Source: a virus. From it: 64,000 bases of DNA. Shown piece after piece: positions 10,414-20,016 of this stretch. The notes under the pieces were generated by a model. It did no database searches and had not been told where the DNA came from. It saw only the letters and a program-made list of their open reading frames with translations. Position numbers and translations under genes: made by a program. The DNA lies in IMG/VR virus record IMGVR_UViG_3300027850_000003, positions 65,970 through 129,969 of that record; one strand, written 5' to 3'. Numbering within the stretch: position 1 is the first letter of the stretch; every line of letters starts with the position of its first letter.

Positions 10414-10844
10414 TGAAAAAATATACCTTGCTGAAAAATATTGTTACTAAGGAGGGTAATATGATTTTTGCTCGTCAAGCTTTTTATATGGAAGGTGAAA
10501 TTCCTAAAGAGTTTATTAATCCTCTAAACGTAATAGTAGTAGAAGATACACAAGCAGTTATTCATACACAAACTAATACTCCAGATGAAACACATTATTT
10601 AACTGGGAAGGATGTCACTACTCTTACTCCTAAGTTTTACGATCCTAGTAAAGTAGAGGTTATTGATAAGCTAAACATTAATTCTATGTCTTTAGACCAA
10701 TTGAAAGTTCTTAAAGGAATTGGGGAGAAGATTGCTACTCAGCTAATTACTAATAGACCTTACACTGATTTAACTGACCTAACTACTAAAGTTAAACCCT
10801 CTCCTGGTAAAAACTGGGAAGAATTCAATTTCATGTTCTCTTAA
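10413..10844 (+). CDS. Helix-hairpin-helix (ComEA-like) domain protein
   Basis: LNINSMSLDQLKVLKGIGEKIATQLITNRPY. Confidence 0.8.
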   Translation: MKKYTLLKNIVTKEGNMIFARQAFYMEGEIPKEFINPLNVIVVEDTQAVIHTQTNTPDETHYLTGKDVTTLTPKFYDPSKVEVIDKLNINSMSLDQLKVLKGIGEKIATQLITNRPYTDLTDLTTKVKPSPGKNWEEFNFMFS

Positions 10845-10871
10845 AAATATCTCTAGTACAAAAGATAATAC

Positions 10872-10909
10872 TAGGTATAGTTTTACTAGAGAGCTATACC
10901 TATTTTTTT
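10872..10909 (+). terminator. Intrinsic terminator
   Basis: TAGGTATAG/CTATACCTA stem followed by a T tract. Confidence 0.7.
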
Positions 10910-11335
10910 ATGATAATACAACATAAAGTTACAACTCTCCAAGTAGTTAGAGATAGTTATAAAGAAAAACCCCAGATATATCTTAAGGAATCTAAACATT
11001 CTATAAGAGATACTATCCCAGTAATAGTAGATATAACTTCATCTACTCCTATCACTATTAATAATATTGGATTGACGTTTAGGATATATCACCAATTAAC
11101 AGGCTTAATACTTCAACAATATAATACTGATAGTTTTATATTTCCTATAGTAGAAGTCAATAAAATACAGGCTATCTTATACGTTAATGGAAGTGATATA
11201 CCTAACTTCTATGCCTCTAAGCTTTTAGAATTTCCAAATAAAACTCATAAGCTTAACTATGAAATGATTATATCCGCTAATACTACTCGAAATATTTCTA
11301 AATTTACTGATAACGGAGAATTCTATGTCTATTAA
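10910..11335 (+). CDS. Hypothetical, probably structural
   Basis: 141-aa ORF in operon. Confidence 0.55.
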   Translation: MIIQHKVTTLQVVRDSYKEKPQIYLKESKHSIRDTIPVIVDITSSTPITINNIGLTFRIYHQLTGLILQQYNTDSFIFPIVEVNKIQAILYVNGSDIPNFYASKLLEFPNKTHKLNYEMIISANTTRNISKFTDNGEFYVY

Positions 11336-11726
11336 AGTTAATACATATCGAGAATGGAAAGATAATAGACTATCAGGTTCTATTGTTCCTAGAAAAGATG
11401 ATTTACCTTTAGGGGTTAGTTTAGAGTCTATAGATAATCCCTCTCTCTTAGGAGTTGGAGTATCTGTTAATTTTATAGTATTTACTAACACTTCTACTAC
11501 TAATTTCTCAGTAGGGAATTACGGAACTCTTACTGGTTTATCTCCTATTGTTACTGAACCTTCTAAAATTATCTTTAAAGGCTTAGTAGAGAAAGAACAA
11601 TTACAAACTAGATTAGACCCAAATCTAGATTCTTCAGTATATTTCGTTACTAAAGCTGTATTTCCTGATACTGCTGAAGTTACTATTGATGAGGGCTATT
11701 TCACTTCTAAAGTTACTCTTATTTAA
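11325..11726 (+). CDS. Hypothetical, probably structural
   Basis: 133-aa ORF overlapping the previous gene. Confidence 0.55.
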   Translation: MSIKVNTYREWKDNRLSGSIVPRKDDLPLGVSLESIDNPSLLGVGVSVNFIVFTNTSTTNFSVGNYGTLTGLSPIVTEPSKIIFKGLVEKEQLQTRLDPNLDSSVYFVTKAVFPDTAEVTIDEGYFTSKVTLI

Positions 11727-11734
11727 TTAAAAAT

Positions 11735-12151
11735 ATGAGAGATATTACCTTTATGGGTTCTACTAATAATATTGAATTTAATAGAAAACGTGGCTCTAAG
11801 GATAAAAAGAAAAGAAAAAGAAAAGTCATTAATAACAGGCCAAGTGCAGATGGTCAAGCTCCTCTTAATGAAATCGGTCAACAAAGAACTGGGTATAAAT
11901 ATTATCGTAAACGTAGAGCTTTAAGGTTTATTGGGCAATTAGCAGTAGCGGGAGGAGTAGTAGGAGCAGCTTTATCTGTTCCATCAGCAGTAGTTCTTCA
12001 AAATCCTAAAGCTATGTTAGTGGGAGCAGGACTAGGGGCAGTAGGTTTAGGAGGTATTAGCTATTTAGAACACGCTAATAATAAATATAGTCCTTTCTAT
12101 AGAAAGAAATTACCAGTCATAGTAGACTCTAGTAAATATAAAGTAAAATAA
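11735..12151 (+). CDS. Basic protein with two Gly-rich hydrophobic helices
   Basis: NIEF leader then NRKRGSKDKKKRKRK; LAVAGGVVGAAL and LVGAGLGAVGLGG. Confidence 0.6.
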   Translation: MRDITFMGSTNNIEFNRKRGSKDKKKRKRKVINNRPSADGQAPLNEIGQQRTGYKYYRKRRALRFIGQLAVAGGVVGAALSVPSAVVLQNPKAMLVGAGLGAVGLGGISYLEHANNKYSPFYRKKLPVIVDSSKYKVK

Positions 12152-12152
12152 A

Positions 12153-12920
12153 ATGTCAAGATTAAAAATTATTAATAAAACTCCACTAAAGAGTAGAGCA
12201 ATTCCGTTTATTGAGCTAAATCCTAATTATTTCTATTGGTTAGATATTGGTACTGAAATAGTAGTAGATATCTTAAGAGAAAAAGATAAGCACTTAGAGG
12301 TTAAATTACTTACATCTAATCTTAAAAATTTACCAGTAGGAGTTAAAGTCTGGTATATTTACAAAGAACACGTCCAAGTAACCGAAGAACCAGGTAATAC
12401 TAAGACCAGTAAAAATACTCTTAAGACTGACTATTACTACCAGTTATATAACAAGTATCATCCTTATACTTCTTGTTTCCTTAGTTGTGTAGCAATGCTC
12501 CTATCTTTCCATAAGGTTAAAGTAACCCCTGATGAACTATATAACAAATGTTTAGATTTAGGTTACAATAGATTTTCTCATCAAGATATTTCTGCAATAT
12601 TAAGAAGTTACGGAGTTAAATATACTTCTAAAACTAATGGAACTTTTAAAGAGATAAAAGAGACTCTTAAGACTTCCCCTGTTATTCTTGGGACATATCT
12701 TACTGAAGGGACTCATATTGTACTATTAGTAGGATTTGATGATCAAGCTTATGATGGAAGAGGAGCTTTTATAGTTAATGACCCTTATGGAGAATTTACT
12801 CATAATGGTTATATTCATACTAATATAGCTGGTAACGAGACTCTTTACAGTTACTCTTTAATTAAACAAGTAGGCGCTCCAGAAGGTGAAGGAAATTACT
12901 GGATTCACGTTCCACAATAA
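12153..12920 (+). CDS. Peptidase C39-like cysteine hydrolase, putative endolysin
   Basis: YYYQ..SCFLSCVAMLL, HIVLLVGFD, IVNDPYG. Confidence 0.75.
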   Translation: MSRLKIINKTPLKSRAIPFIELNPNYFYWLDIGTEIVVDILREKDKHLEVKLLTSNLKNLPVGVKVWYIYKEHVQVTEEPGNTKTSKNTLKTDYYYQLYNKYHPYTSCFLSCVAMLLSFHKVKVTPDELYNKCLDLGYNRFSHQDISAILRSYGVKYTSKTNGTFKEIKETLKTSPVILGTYLTEGTHIVLLVGFDDQAYDGRGAFIVNDPYGEFTHNGYIHTNIAGNETLYSYSLIKQVGAPEGEGNYWIHVPQ

Positions 12921-12924
12921 AAAT

Positions 12925-13203
12925 ATGAAAAATAAAATGAAACGCTCACTATATTTCACCAAGACTTTTTTCTTTTCTCTACTACTCTATTTCTCAGTAG
13001 TCTATTCTCCTCTAGTTAATTATATATATGATAAAGAACTAACTAAGGAGGATTTCACTGCATTATTAATAGGTACTTTTAGTTTCTTAGGAGTAAGTCA
13101 AGGTCGTATGAGGGTCAACGATGATATTAGAAAGAGTGCAGAATCAGGAGTTGCTACCGGACTCTTAACCTCTAAAGTAATTCCTAGTAAACCTGAAAGG
13201 TAA
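12925..13203 (+). CDS. Holin-like membrane protein
   Basis: Two hydrophobic segments; follows the putative lysin; ATG at 12925 or 12937. Confidence 0.55.
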   Translation: MKNKMKRSLYFTKTFFFSLLLYFSVVYSPLVNYIYDKELTKEDFTALLIGTFSFLGVSQGRMRVNDDIRKSAESGVATGLLTSKVIPSKPER

Positions 13204-13209
13204 TATGAA

Positions 13210-14766
13210 ATGGTTGTATTTAGCTTATTATTAGAAAAATGTGGAGAGGATTACTATTACCGGTATATAAGTGACAAGATTACTTACTATATTCCGTCTT
13301 ATAAAATAGATAAACTTAATCAAGATGTAAAAGATACTGATAGCTTTAAGGAGTATCATTATTCAGTAAATGTTAGAGATTTTTTAAATAATGTATATAA
13401 GTTAGGTGAGTATACTCTTAATACTACTGTTACTGATATTCGTAATAAAAAAGATATAGAGTTAACTTTCTTTGGCTATAAGTACAATGAATTTATTGTA
13501 GTAGTTGGTACTCAAAAAGTAGATGACTTACTACAAGAGACATTATTTAAAGAGGATTATATATTTCTTGTTCGATGGTTTAGTAGTAAAGAAGATACTA
13601 TAGATGATATTTCAGATAATGTAACTTCTTTACTAGGTTATACAAAAGAGGAGTTATTATCTAAGCCTTATTTAGAGTTTATTCATCCTGAAGATAAAGA
13701 GACTTTCATTAAAGAGTTAACTAAATATGTAGTAGATAAGACTCCTTCTTTTTATCAAAAATATCGTTTAATAAGTAGCTTAGGAAAACCTATTAGTATT
13801 TTAGACCATTCTTGTGTAATTACTAATAGTGAAGGTAGTTCTATAGTTGGTTATTTAAGAGATATTACTTTAGAAATTGAAATGTCTAGTAAATTAAAAG
13901 AATTAACTAACTTGGATGAGGAAGGTTTTAATAGTGGAGCAGTTATAAATATTGAATGGAATAAATATTATAAGGTTACTCGTTGGAATAAGGAAGCTGC
14001 TAATATACTAGGTTGGACTAATGATTCAGTAATAGATAAACATATCTCAGAACTTAAATTATTTAACGATGAAGATGTTACTAAAATTGAAGGTCAAGTT
14101 GATAGGCTAATTAATCGAGAAGTTGAAAATATAATTAGTAGCTTTAAAATAACTAAAAAAGACGGCTCAATATTAAATACTAAATGGTCTAATAGGGCAA
14201 TAAATAGAAAGGGGGATACTAGAGTTCTTTCTACTGTAGTAGACCAAAGCCAAGAAGCTCTTTTAACTATGAGGTTAGATGAGGTACAGGAAAGGTCTGA
14301 TTTGTTACTTCAAACTTTATTTAATACTAATAATGTTTCTAATGAGGTATTTGGTAAATTAGTGCATAGTCCTCTTACTGCTAACCCTGAAAGTCTAATA
14401 AAAGCTGAAATTCTTATTCGTAAATTAGAAGAAGAAATTACTCGACTTAATAACACTGTTTTTTATAATAATGATAATAATTTACTTAATGATGTAGCTT
14501 TCCTTAAAAAAGAAGATTACTTATTCAATGAAAAATTAGTTAGACTAGAAGAGCAGAATAAAGAGTTATCTTTTAAATTAGAAAGTTTACTAAATATTAA
14601 TGTGCTTACTTTTTTAAAGAATTTAAGTAGTAAAAATCTACTAGCAGCTATGATTATTAGTTACATAGTATTTGGGCAATTGATACCTGCTATTTATCCT
14701 TCAATTATTAAACCTACTATTACTAATATAAATAAAGAAGTTAGACAATTAACAGGACAAGACTAA
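13210..14766 (+). CDS. Tandem PAS-domain protein with coiled coil and C-terminal TM helix
   Basis: LLGYTKEELLSKPYLEFIHPED and VTRWNKEAANILGW PAS signatures; no kinase boxes seen. Confidence 0.8.
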   Translation: MVVFSLLLEKCGEDYYYRYISDKITYYIPSYKIDKLNQDVKDTDSFKEYHYSVNVRDFLNNVYKLGEYTLNTTVTDIRNKKDIELTFFGYKYNEFIVVVGTQKVDDLLQETLFKEDYIFLVRWFSSKEDTIDDISDNVTSLLGYTKEELLSKPYLEFIHPEDKETFIKELTKYVVDKTPSFYQKYRLISSLGKPISILDHSCVITNSEGSSIVGYLRDITLEIEMSSKLKELTNLDEEGFNSGAVINIEWNKYYKVTRWNKEAANILGWTNDSVIDKHISELKLFNDEDVTKIEGQVDRLINREVENIISSFKITKKDGSILNTKWSNRAINRKGDTRVLSTVVDQSQEALLTMRLDEVQERSDLLLQTLFNTNNVSNEVFGKLVHSPLTANPESLIKAEILIRKLEEEITRLNNTVFYNNDNNLLNDVAFLKKEDYLFNEKLVRLEEQNKELSFKLESLLNINVLTFLKNLSSKNLLAAMIISYIVFGQLIPAIYPSIIKPTITNINKEVRQLTGQD

Positions 14767-14767
14767 T

Positions 14768-14974
14768 ATGAAATTAAAACTAGCAGAGTTCAGTAAGACT
14801 AATGCTCAGGGGCGAAAAAGGTACAAAAGAAAACTTAAGCTTAAACCTAAAATTACTAATGACCCTTTAGCTACTAAAGATAGTAGAGATAAAGTTAAAA
14901 CAAGTGTTCAAGTAGTACGAGAAGGTCGTAAATGGATTAATACAGGAGTAAGTATTGGGAGATTCCTTAAATAA
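14768..14974 (+). CDS. Small basic protein
   Basis: LAEF leader then K/R-rich. Confidence 0.55.
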   Translation: MKLKLAEFSKTNAQGRKRYKRKLKLKPKITNDPLATKDSRDKVKTSVQVVREGRKWINTGVSIGRFLK

Positions 14975-15561
14975 TGTATAAATATATAACAGTAGAAAAG
15001 ATTCAAAGGAGACTAGGTAGAAGAGCTAATGTATTTACTAACTCACTTATTCCTAGTGATAATGTCTCGGTAATATCTAGTAATTTAGATACAGAACTAA
15101 TACATGATTTAATTATTAGAAATGAGGCTTTGATAGATACATATTTCGGGATGCTTTATGCTCTTCCAATTGACTTAAGAGATGTTCCACTAATTGAGCC
15201 AATATTAGAGGGATTCGTTATTAATGATTTAATGATGTCTCTTTATGACCAAGGAATGATTGCTTCACTTGGAGGAGATGGTGGGTTTGGTTCTACTATT
15301 TATCAGAAAGCTAAAGAGTTATTGAAAGGATATTTTATAGGTTCTGGTATTTATATTCCAGGTATCTTTGCCCCAGAAGATAATGCAATGAAAGAAGCCT
15401 ACCCATTACTATTACCTTATACTCCTAGATTAACAGAGAGGAGAGATAATATTACTAGGAGCTATACTCTTATAGGTAATTATCAGAAAAATAGAAGTAA
15501 CATGGAATTTGATTTTACAAATAATAAAAAAGTATTTGGGGTAGAAGACAGATTATGGTAA
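14974..15561 (+). CDS. Head-tail adaptor (Mu gp36-like, putative)
   Basis: MYKYITVE..EALIDTYFGMLYALPI..YQKAKELL pattern. Confidence 0.55.
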   Translation: MYKYITVEKIQRRLGRRANVFTNSLIPSDNVSVISSNLDTELIHDLIIRNEALIDTYFGMLYALPIDLRDVPLIEPILEGFVINDLMMSLYDQGMIASLGGDGGFGSTIYQKAKELLKGYFIGSGIYIPGIFAPEDNAMKEAYPLLLPYTPRLTERRDNITRSYTLIGNYQKNRSNMEFDFTNNKKVFGVEDRLW

Positions 15562-15692
15562 TTTATTTTATTGGTACTGGACTAACTGGGGCAACTTTAT
15601 TAACCGCTAAAAAACTAGATGATGCTAATGAATCTGGCAAACTTAGAGACTGGGGAAGTAAATCAGGATTAAACAAATATAAGAAGAAATAA
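15555..15692 (+). CDS. 45-aa peptide (not in ORF track)
   Basis: MVIYFIGTGLTGATLLTAKK...KYKKK fills the gap between neighbouring genes. Confidence 0.45.
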   Translation: MVIYFIGTGLTGATLLTAKKLDDANESGKLRDWGSKSGLNKYKKK

Positions 15693-15696
15693 AATT

Positions 15697-16044
15697 ATGA
15701 TTCAATTTACATATATGGGTGAGTTTTCTACTGCTAACTTTGGTAAAGATAGTAATCAAAAGAAATGGGATGATGATGATTATGTAACTATGGATTTCAA
15801 AGGTAAAGGTGGAGTAGGAAAAAAGAGATTAAAAGTAGTACCTAATATAAAGACAGATATGGTATTAACTGGTGGTTTATTTGGAGGTCTTGGCGCACTA
15901 ACACAAGCTAATAAAGGATGGAAACGTAAACTAGCAGGAGGTCTTATCGGTACTGTAGCAGGTGCAGGTGGAGCCTATTTAGGTAGAAAAAGAATGAGAG
16001 ATATAGATGGGCGTTCTGATAAAGGTAAAAAGAGAATGAAATAA
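15697..16044 (+). CDS. Basic protein with Gly-zipper helices
   Basis: TANF leader, GGLFGGLGAL, GGLIGTVAGAGGAYLG, C-terminal RSDKGKKR. Confidence 0.6.
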   Translation: MIQFTYMGEFSTANFGKDSNQKKWDDDDYVTMDFKGKGGVGKKRLKVVPNIKTDMVLTGGLFGGLGALTQANKGWKRKLAGGLIGTVAGAGGAYLGRKRMRDIDGRSDKGKKRMK

Positions 16045-16045
16045 T

Positions 16046-16570
16046 ATGGAAACTGAATCTTATAAAAACAATTCAAAGAAAGTAGATAAAATATTTAATT
16101 GGCAAACTGACCATCAAGGAACTATAAGGAATAATACTTGCCACTTAGAGATATATTCTCCTCTATATGATTTTGATGTTACCTCTCAACGAATAAAGGA
16201 AAAACGAAGATATCTTAATAGTAAAGAATATGAATTAGTTATTTGCAATGACTTTAATGATCATGTATCAGGTTCAATATCTACTGAACTCTATCCCTTA
16301 GTATCAAAAGTAGTTGCTGATAATATCTTATTAATTCCTCATACTATTTGGATTAACAGATATGAGGAACATCATGAAGGTCTATTTACATTTGAATACT
16401 CTATCTCTCTAGTAGATATTGATAATAACTATATAGGAAATCAAAGTTTTACTTATTACTCTATATGGCAAAATGAGTTAGATTATTTAATTACTGGGAA
16501 TCCTGTAGAGCTTAGACAAGTATGTTCCTCTGGTTGGAATAAGCTATACGAGAGATGGAAAAATAAATGA
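16046..16570 (+). CDS. Hypothetical protein
   Basis: 174-aa ORF. Confidence 0.5.
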   Translation: METESYKNNSKKVDKIFNWQTDHQGTIRNNTCHLEIYSPLYDFDVTSQRIKEKRRYLNSKEYELVICNDFNDHVSGSISTELYPLVSKVVADNILLIPHTIWINRYEEHHEGLFTFEYSISLVDIDNNYIGNQSFTYYSIWQNELDYLITGNPVELRQVCSSGWNKLYERWKNK

Positions 16571-16657
16571 TTCCTAAAGTGAATAATACTAAATATCTAG
16601 TCTTATTTAATTTAGTATAAAGATAAAGTATAAAAATAATAATATCAATTTTCAATT

Positions 16658-17488
16658 ATGGCAGATAATAAAAGTCCGTTACAAGCTACTAATCTTCTCA
16701 GGTTTTTTACTGGGGAATTAGTTACATCTCCTCTAAATAATAATCTATTTATTGGTCTATCTACTACTCTTCCTACTGCTGCTGGTGGTAACTTTACTGA
16801 GCCTGCACCATCTACTGGTTATGCAAAAGTACAGTATCCAACTGGGGTATCTTATTTCTCTGAGCCAGTTAATCGTACTTGTTTTAACCAACAACTTATT
16901 CGATTTAATGACGCTTTAACTCAGTATCCTACTATTGTTGCTATTGGTCTATTTGATCAATCCTCAGATACTGTACCTATTTACTTTGGACATATCGATC
17001 AAGGAATGAGTATTGAAATAGGAGATGCGCTATATTTCCCCCCTGGTAAAGTTATCGTTAAAGAAACTCAGTCTACCTTTGTTAAGTCAGATTTTCTAGC
17101 TCACTCTCAGTTGAAGTTATTGAGAAATGAAACATTTGAGACTCCTGCTGAAGTATTTTTAGCTCTAGGTACTAAGACTCCTACTAATAATGGAGATATT
17201 GGTGAACTTGTAGCATCTAACTCACCTGGTTATATTCGAGTTCCTATTCCTTGTAATTCTACTAACTGGCAGATTATAGGTAGACAAGCTAGAAATTTAA
17301 TGGAAATTATTTATCCTGCTGCTAACAACGCACCTTGGGAACCTATTAAATCTTTTGCATTACATAGAAGTGCTACTGGTGTTGGTAATATGCTTTACTG
17401 TGGAGCATTCGGCCCTAACAATACTAAAGTAATTAACTCTTTAGATATTGCTAGAGTTCCTATTAGTGCAATTACTGTCACTGAGTAA
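16658..17488 (+). CDS. Virion structural protein with internally duplicated domain
   Basis: FIGLSTTLP..GYAKV..F repeated as FLALGTKTP..GYIRV; type common in phage tail regions. Confidence 0.65.
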   Translation: MADNKSPLQATNLLRFFTGELVTSPLNNNLFIGLSTTLPTAAGGNFTEPAPSTGYAKVQYPTGVSYFSEPVNRTCFNQQLIRFNDALTQYPTIVAIGLFDQSSDTVPIYFGHIDQGMSIEIGDALYFPPGKVIVKETQSTFVKSDFLAHSQLKLLRNETFETPAEVFLALGTKTPTNNGDIGELVASNSPGYIRVPIPCNSTNWQIIGRQARNLMEIIYPAANNAPWEPIKSFALHRSATGVGNMLYCGAFGPNNTKVINSLDIARVPISAITVTE

Positions 17489-17500
17489 AGGAGTAATTAA

Positions 17501-18409
17501 ATGACTGATTACGCATTACAAGCTACTATTTATACTGATAATTCTAAAATGGAGATATCAGATATGAGTTATGACAGAGCAGGAGTAGCGACTATAGAGA
17601 CAGATAGTAGTGAAATGAGTATTAGTGATGTAAAATATACTAGAGCAATGACTGCTAATATCTATACTGATAAGAGTAAAATTGAAGCTATTCTTACTAA
17701 GCTTACTGCTTATATCTCTACTATTTATACCGACAAGAGTTCTATCACTCTAAGACTACAAAAGGATACTGCTTCATCTGCTAGCATTAATATCCCTGAA
17801 GCTAAAACTAATATTTTTTTAACTGCTTTACGATATACTCAAGCTACTATTTCTTCTGGTTTTGATACTGGAATGAAAATAATTATGAAGGTTGATAGAG
17901 CATTAAGTAGTGTAATGGAAGTTGATAGCTCTTCTTTTAATATTAGTACCTTAGAAAGAGATATTCTTACTGAAGCTCCTACTGGTCAAACTTACGTGAT
18001 TATTAAAGGAGTAGATGTATCTCTTAATGGTTACTCGTTAGCTAGAAACTCAGTTCATGCTATCAATATTCTAATTTATGGGAATAGATTAACTAGAGAA
18101 GGAACTCATTTAGAATTTATAGTTAAACGAAATATTTCTGACCCTGATGATAGTGCAGTAATTTATAACACTACTATCAATGGACAAGGGATTAAGTTTA
18201 TCCAAGTGATAAATATTCCTGAAACTACTCTTAAAGAATACAAAGCTCAAATTCAATTGAAAGAGTCTGATTTCTATCTAATCAGTCAACAAAGACCTAT
18301 TAAACTATACTATGAAGTCCGAGTAATTGATTCATTAGATGGTCGTTATCCTCCAGTAGAAGCAGGTTATTTTAATCTCACTACTACCCTAATTGAAAAT
18401 AGATTCTAG
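17501..18409 (+). CDS. Putative structural protein with ~22-aa N-terminal repeats
   Basis: ATIYTDNSKMEIS / ATIETDSSEMSIS / ANIYTDKSKIEA / STIYTDKSSIT. Confidence 0.55.
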   Translation: MTDYALQATIYTDNSKMEISDMSYDRAGVATIETDSSEMSISDVKYTRAMTANIYTDKSKIEAILTKLTAYISTIYTDKSSITLRLQKDTASSASINIPEAKTNIFLTALRYTQATISSGFDTGMKIIMKVDRALSSVMEVDSSSFNISTLERDILTEAPTGQTYVIIKGVDVSLNGYSLARNSVHAINILIYGNRLTREGTHLEFIVKRNISDPDDSAVIYNTTINGQGIKFIQVINIPETTLKEYKAQIQLKESDFYLISQQRPIKLYYEVRVIDSLDGRYPPVEAGYFNLTTTLIENRF

Positions 18410-18435
18410 GATGAAAATATCTTAAGGTAATTATC

Positions 18436-19020
18436 ATGGTAACTCTTTCAGCAGATTTTTCTGGGATGGATGGATTAAGTAAAAAGTTCCAAAACGCATT
18501 GAAAAGAAGAAAAGACCTAACTCCTCTTGAATTAGGTATTAAAGAAGTCTTAGTAGAAGATGTTAAATTACGTTTCGCTACTGCTCCTCTAACTAACAAA
18601 GGGGGAATAGCTCATGGGAACGTTTATTGGAGTGCAATGTCTCCTAATTGGTTGGCTACTCATCCTGAAAGAATGGGAAAACCATTACTAACAGATACTA
18701 AGAAACTGCTTAACTCTTTAATTGTTGGGAACGACGACTCAATCTTCAGTATTAATAGAGAGGGGTTTGAATTTGGTACTAAAGTTAAATATGCTAAAGA
18801 TCATCAACCAGACTCTATTGGTACTTCTATCCCTTTATCTCTGCTACAAGATGAAAGAGTTTCTACCATGTTCAGAAACGAAGGGAAGCTACCTCCTAGA
18901 CCTTTTCTATTTATTCATGAGTCTCTTAATACTGAGTTAGTAGACGTTATCTCAGAGTTTATATTAACTGGGGAAACACATATTAGAACTAAATCTGATG
19001 TTAAGGAGATGAAAGAATAA
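18436..19020 (+). CDS. Virion morphogenesis/tail completion protein (Mu gpG-like)
   Basis: W..MS..W, LTDTKKLLNSL, FGTKVKYAKDHQ, LPPRPFL. Confidence 0.8.
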   Translation: MVTLSADFSGMDGLSKKFQNALKRRKDLTPLELGIKEVLVEDVKLRFATAPLTNKGGIAHGNVYWSAMSPNWLATHPERMGKPLLTDTKKLLNSLIVGNDDSIFSINREGFEFGTKVKYAKDHQPDSIGTSIPLSLLQDERVSTMFRNEGKLPPRPFLFIHESLNTELVDVISEFILTGETHIRTKSDVKEMKE

Positions 19021-19568
19021 TGGAAAACTCACTATCTCCTAGAGTAATTGAGAAGTTAATAGAGAAAGAGAATTTAGGTAGTACACAAAAATATTCTGCT
19101 AATTTAGTTATTACTCCTAACTTAGATGAATCAGTTGACTATATAGCTAGATATCTTTTTGAACATATCAATAAAGACTTCTTCTCTTATATAGAGGAAA
19201 ACCCAGGACTTAGAAGTAGCTTAGGAGAAATAGCTGTTAGGAGTTATAGGACTTATGACGCTTATCAAGTATCTACTCCAGAATACCCTCTACTTAAGGT
19301 TTACCGAGTATCTGATAATTGGAAACCTCAAAAGTTACTAAGAACTTCTTCTATATCTATCTCTTACTCGTTAGTTCTTCCTCAACAAGAAAGGCTAATG
19401 TCTCTACTTAACTGGATTAGTTATGAAATTAGAAAACATCTCTTAAGCCCTAGTTTCAAAGTAAAGATTCTAGAAGATGGAGTTAGAACTCAGTATAGAA
19501 CAATGATTAATGAGGTAGGACAAGCTATCCACTCCTTCTTAAGAGTAGATATAACTATCATAGACTAG
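19020..19568 (+). CDS. Tail terminator (putative)
   Basis: Size, YPLLKVY motif and position after the gpG-like gene. Confidence 0.45.
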   Translation: MENSLSPRVIEKLIEKENLGSTQKYSANLVITPNLDESVDYIARYLFEHINKDFFSYIEENPGLRSSLGEIAVRSYRTYDAYQVSTPEYPLLKVYRVSDNWKPQKLLRTSSISISYSLVLPQQERLMSLLNWISYEIRKHLLSPSFKVKILEDGVRTQYRTMINEVGQAIHSFLRVDITIID

Positions 19569-19618
19569 CTCAAAATCTAACCACTAAGACTAAATAATAA
19601 ATAAATAAATATAAAATA

Positions 19619-19981
19619 ATGGCAATTTCAATTAATTTTAATAGACCAAAGCTAGTAACCACATTACCAGAAGTAGTATCTCTTACTGCAACTCTAGCAG
19701 AAGATACAGCTAATAATCTTTATGCAATAGACGTAAAATACACTGTTACCAAAGACGATGCTACTACTGTTATCAAGGTTCTTAAAAGAATCAAAGTAAC
19801 TCCTGTATTAGTAGGAACTTCAATGAGACTAGATTTTGTTGAACTCACTTTTCCTCCTACTGCTATTGAAAATCCGCTTGACGCAGCAGCTATTTCTACC
19901 TCTCCTGTTACTAGAGGAGGTTCCCAAATTGATTTAGACACCTTCCTTACTGGAACTGGTGATCTAAGAAAGAATACCTAA
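19619..19981 (+). CDS. Hypothetical structural protein
   Basis: 120-aa ORF with A-rich leader. Confidence 0.55.
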   Translation: MAISINFNRPKLVTTLPEVVSLTATLAEDTANNLYAIDVKYTVTKDDATTVIKVLKRIKVTPVLVGTSMRLDFVELTFPPTAIENPLDAAAISTSPVTRGGSQIDLDTFLTGTGDLRKNT

Positions 19982-20016
19982 TAAATAAATAATAAATAAT
20001 AAAAGAGAAATAATAT

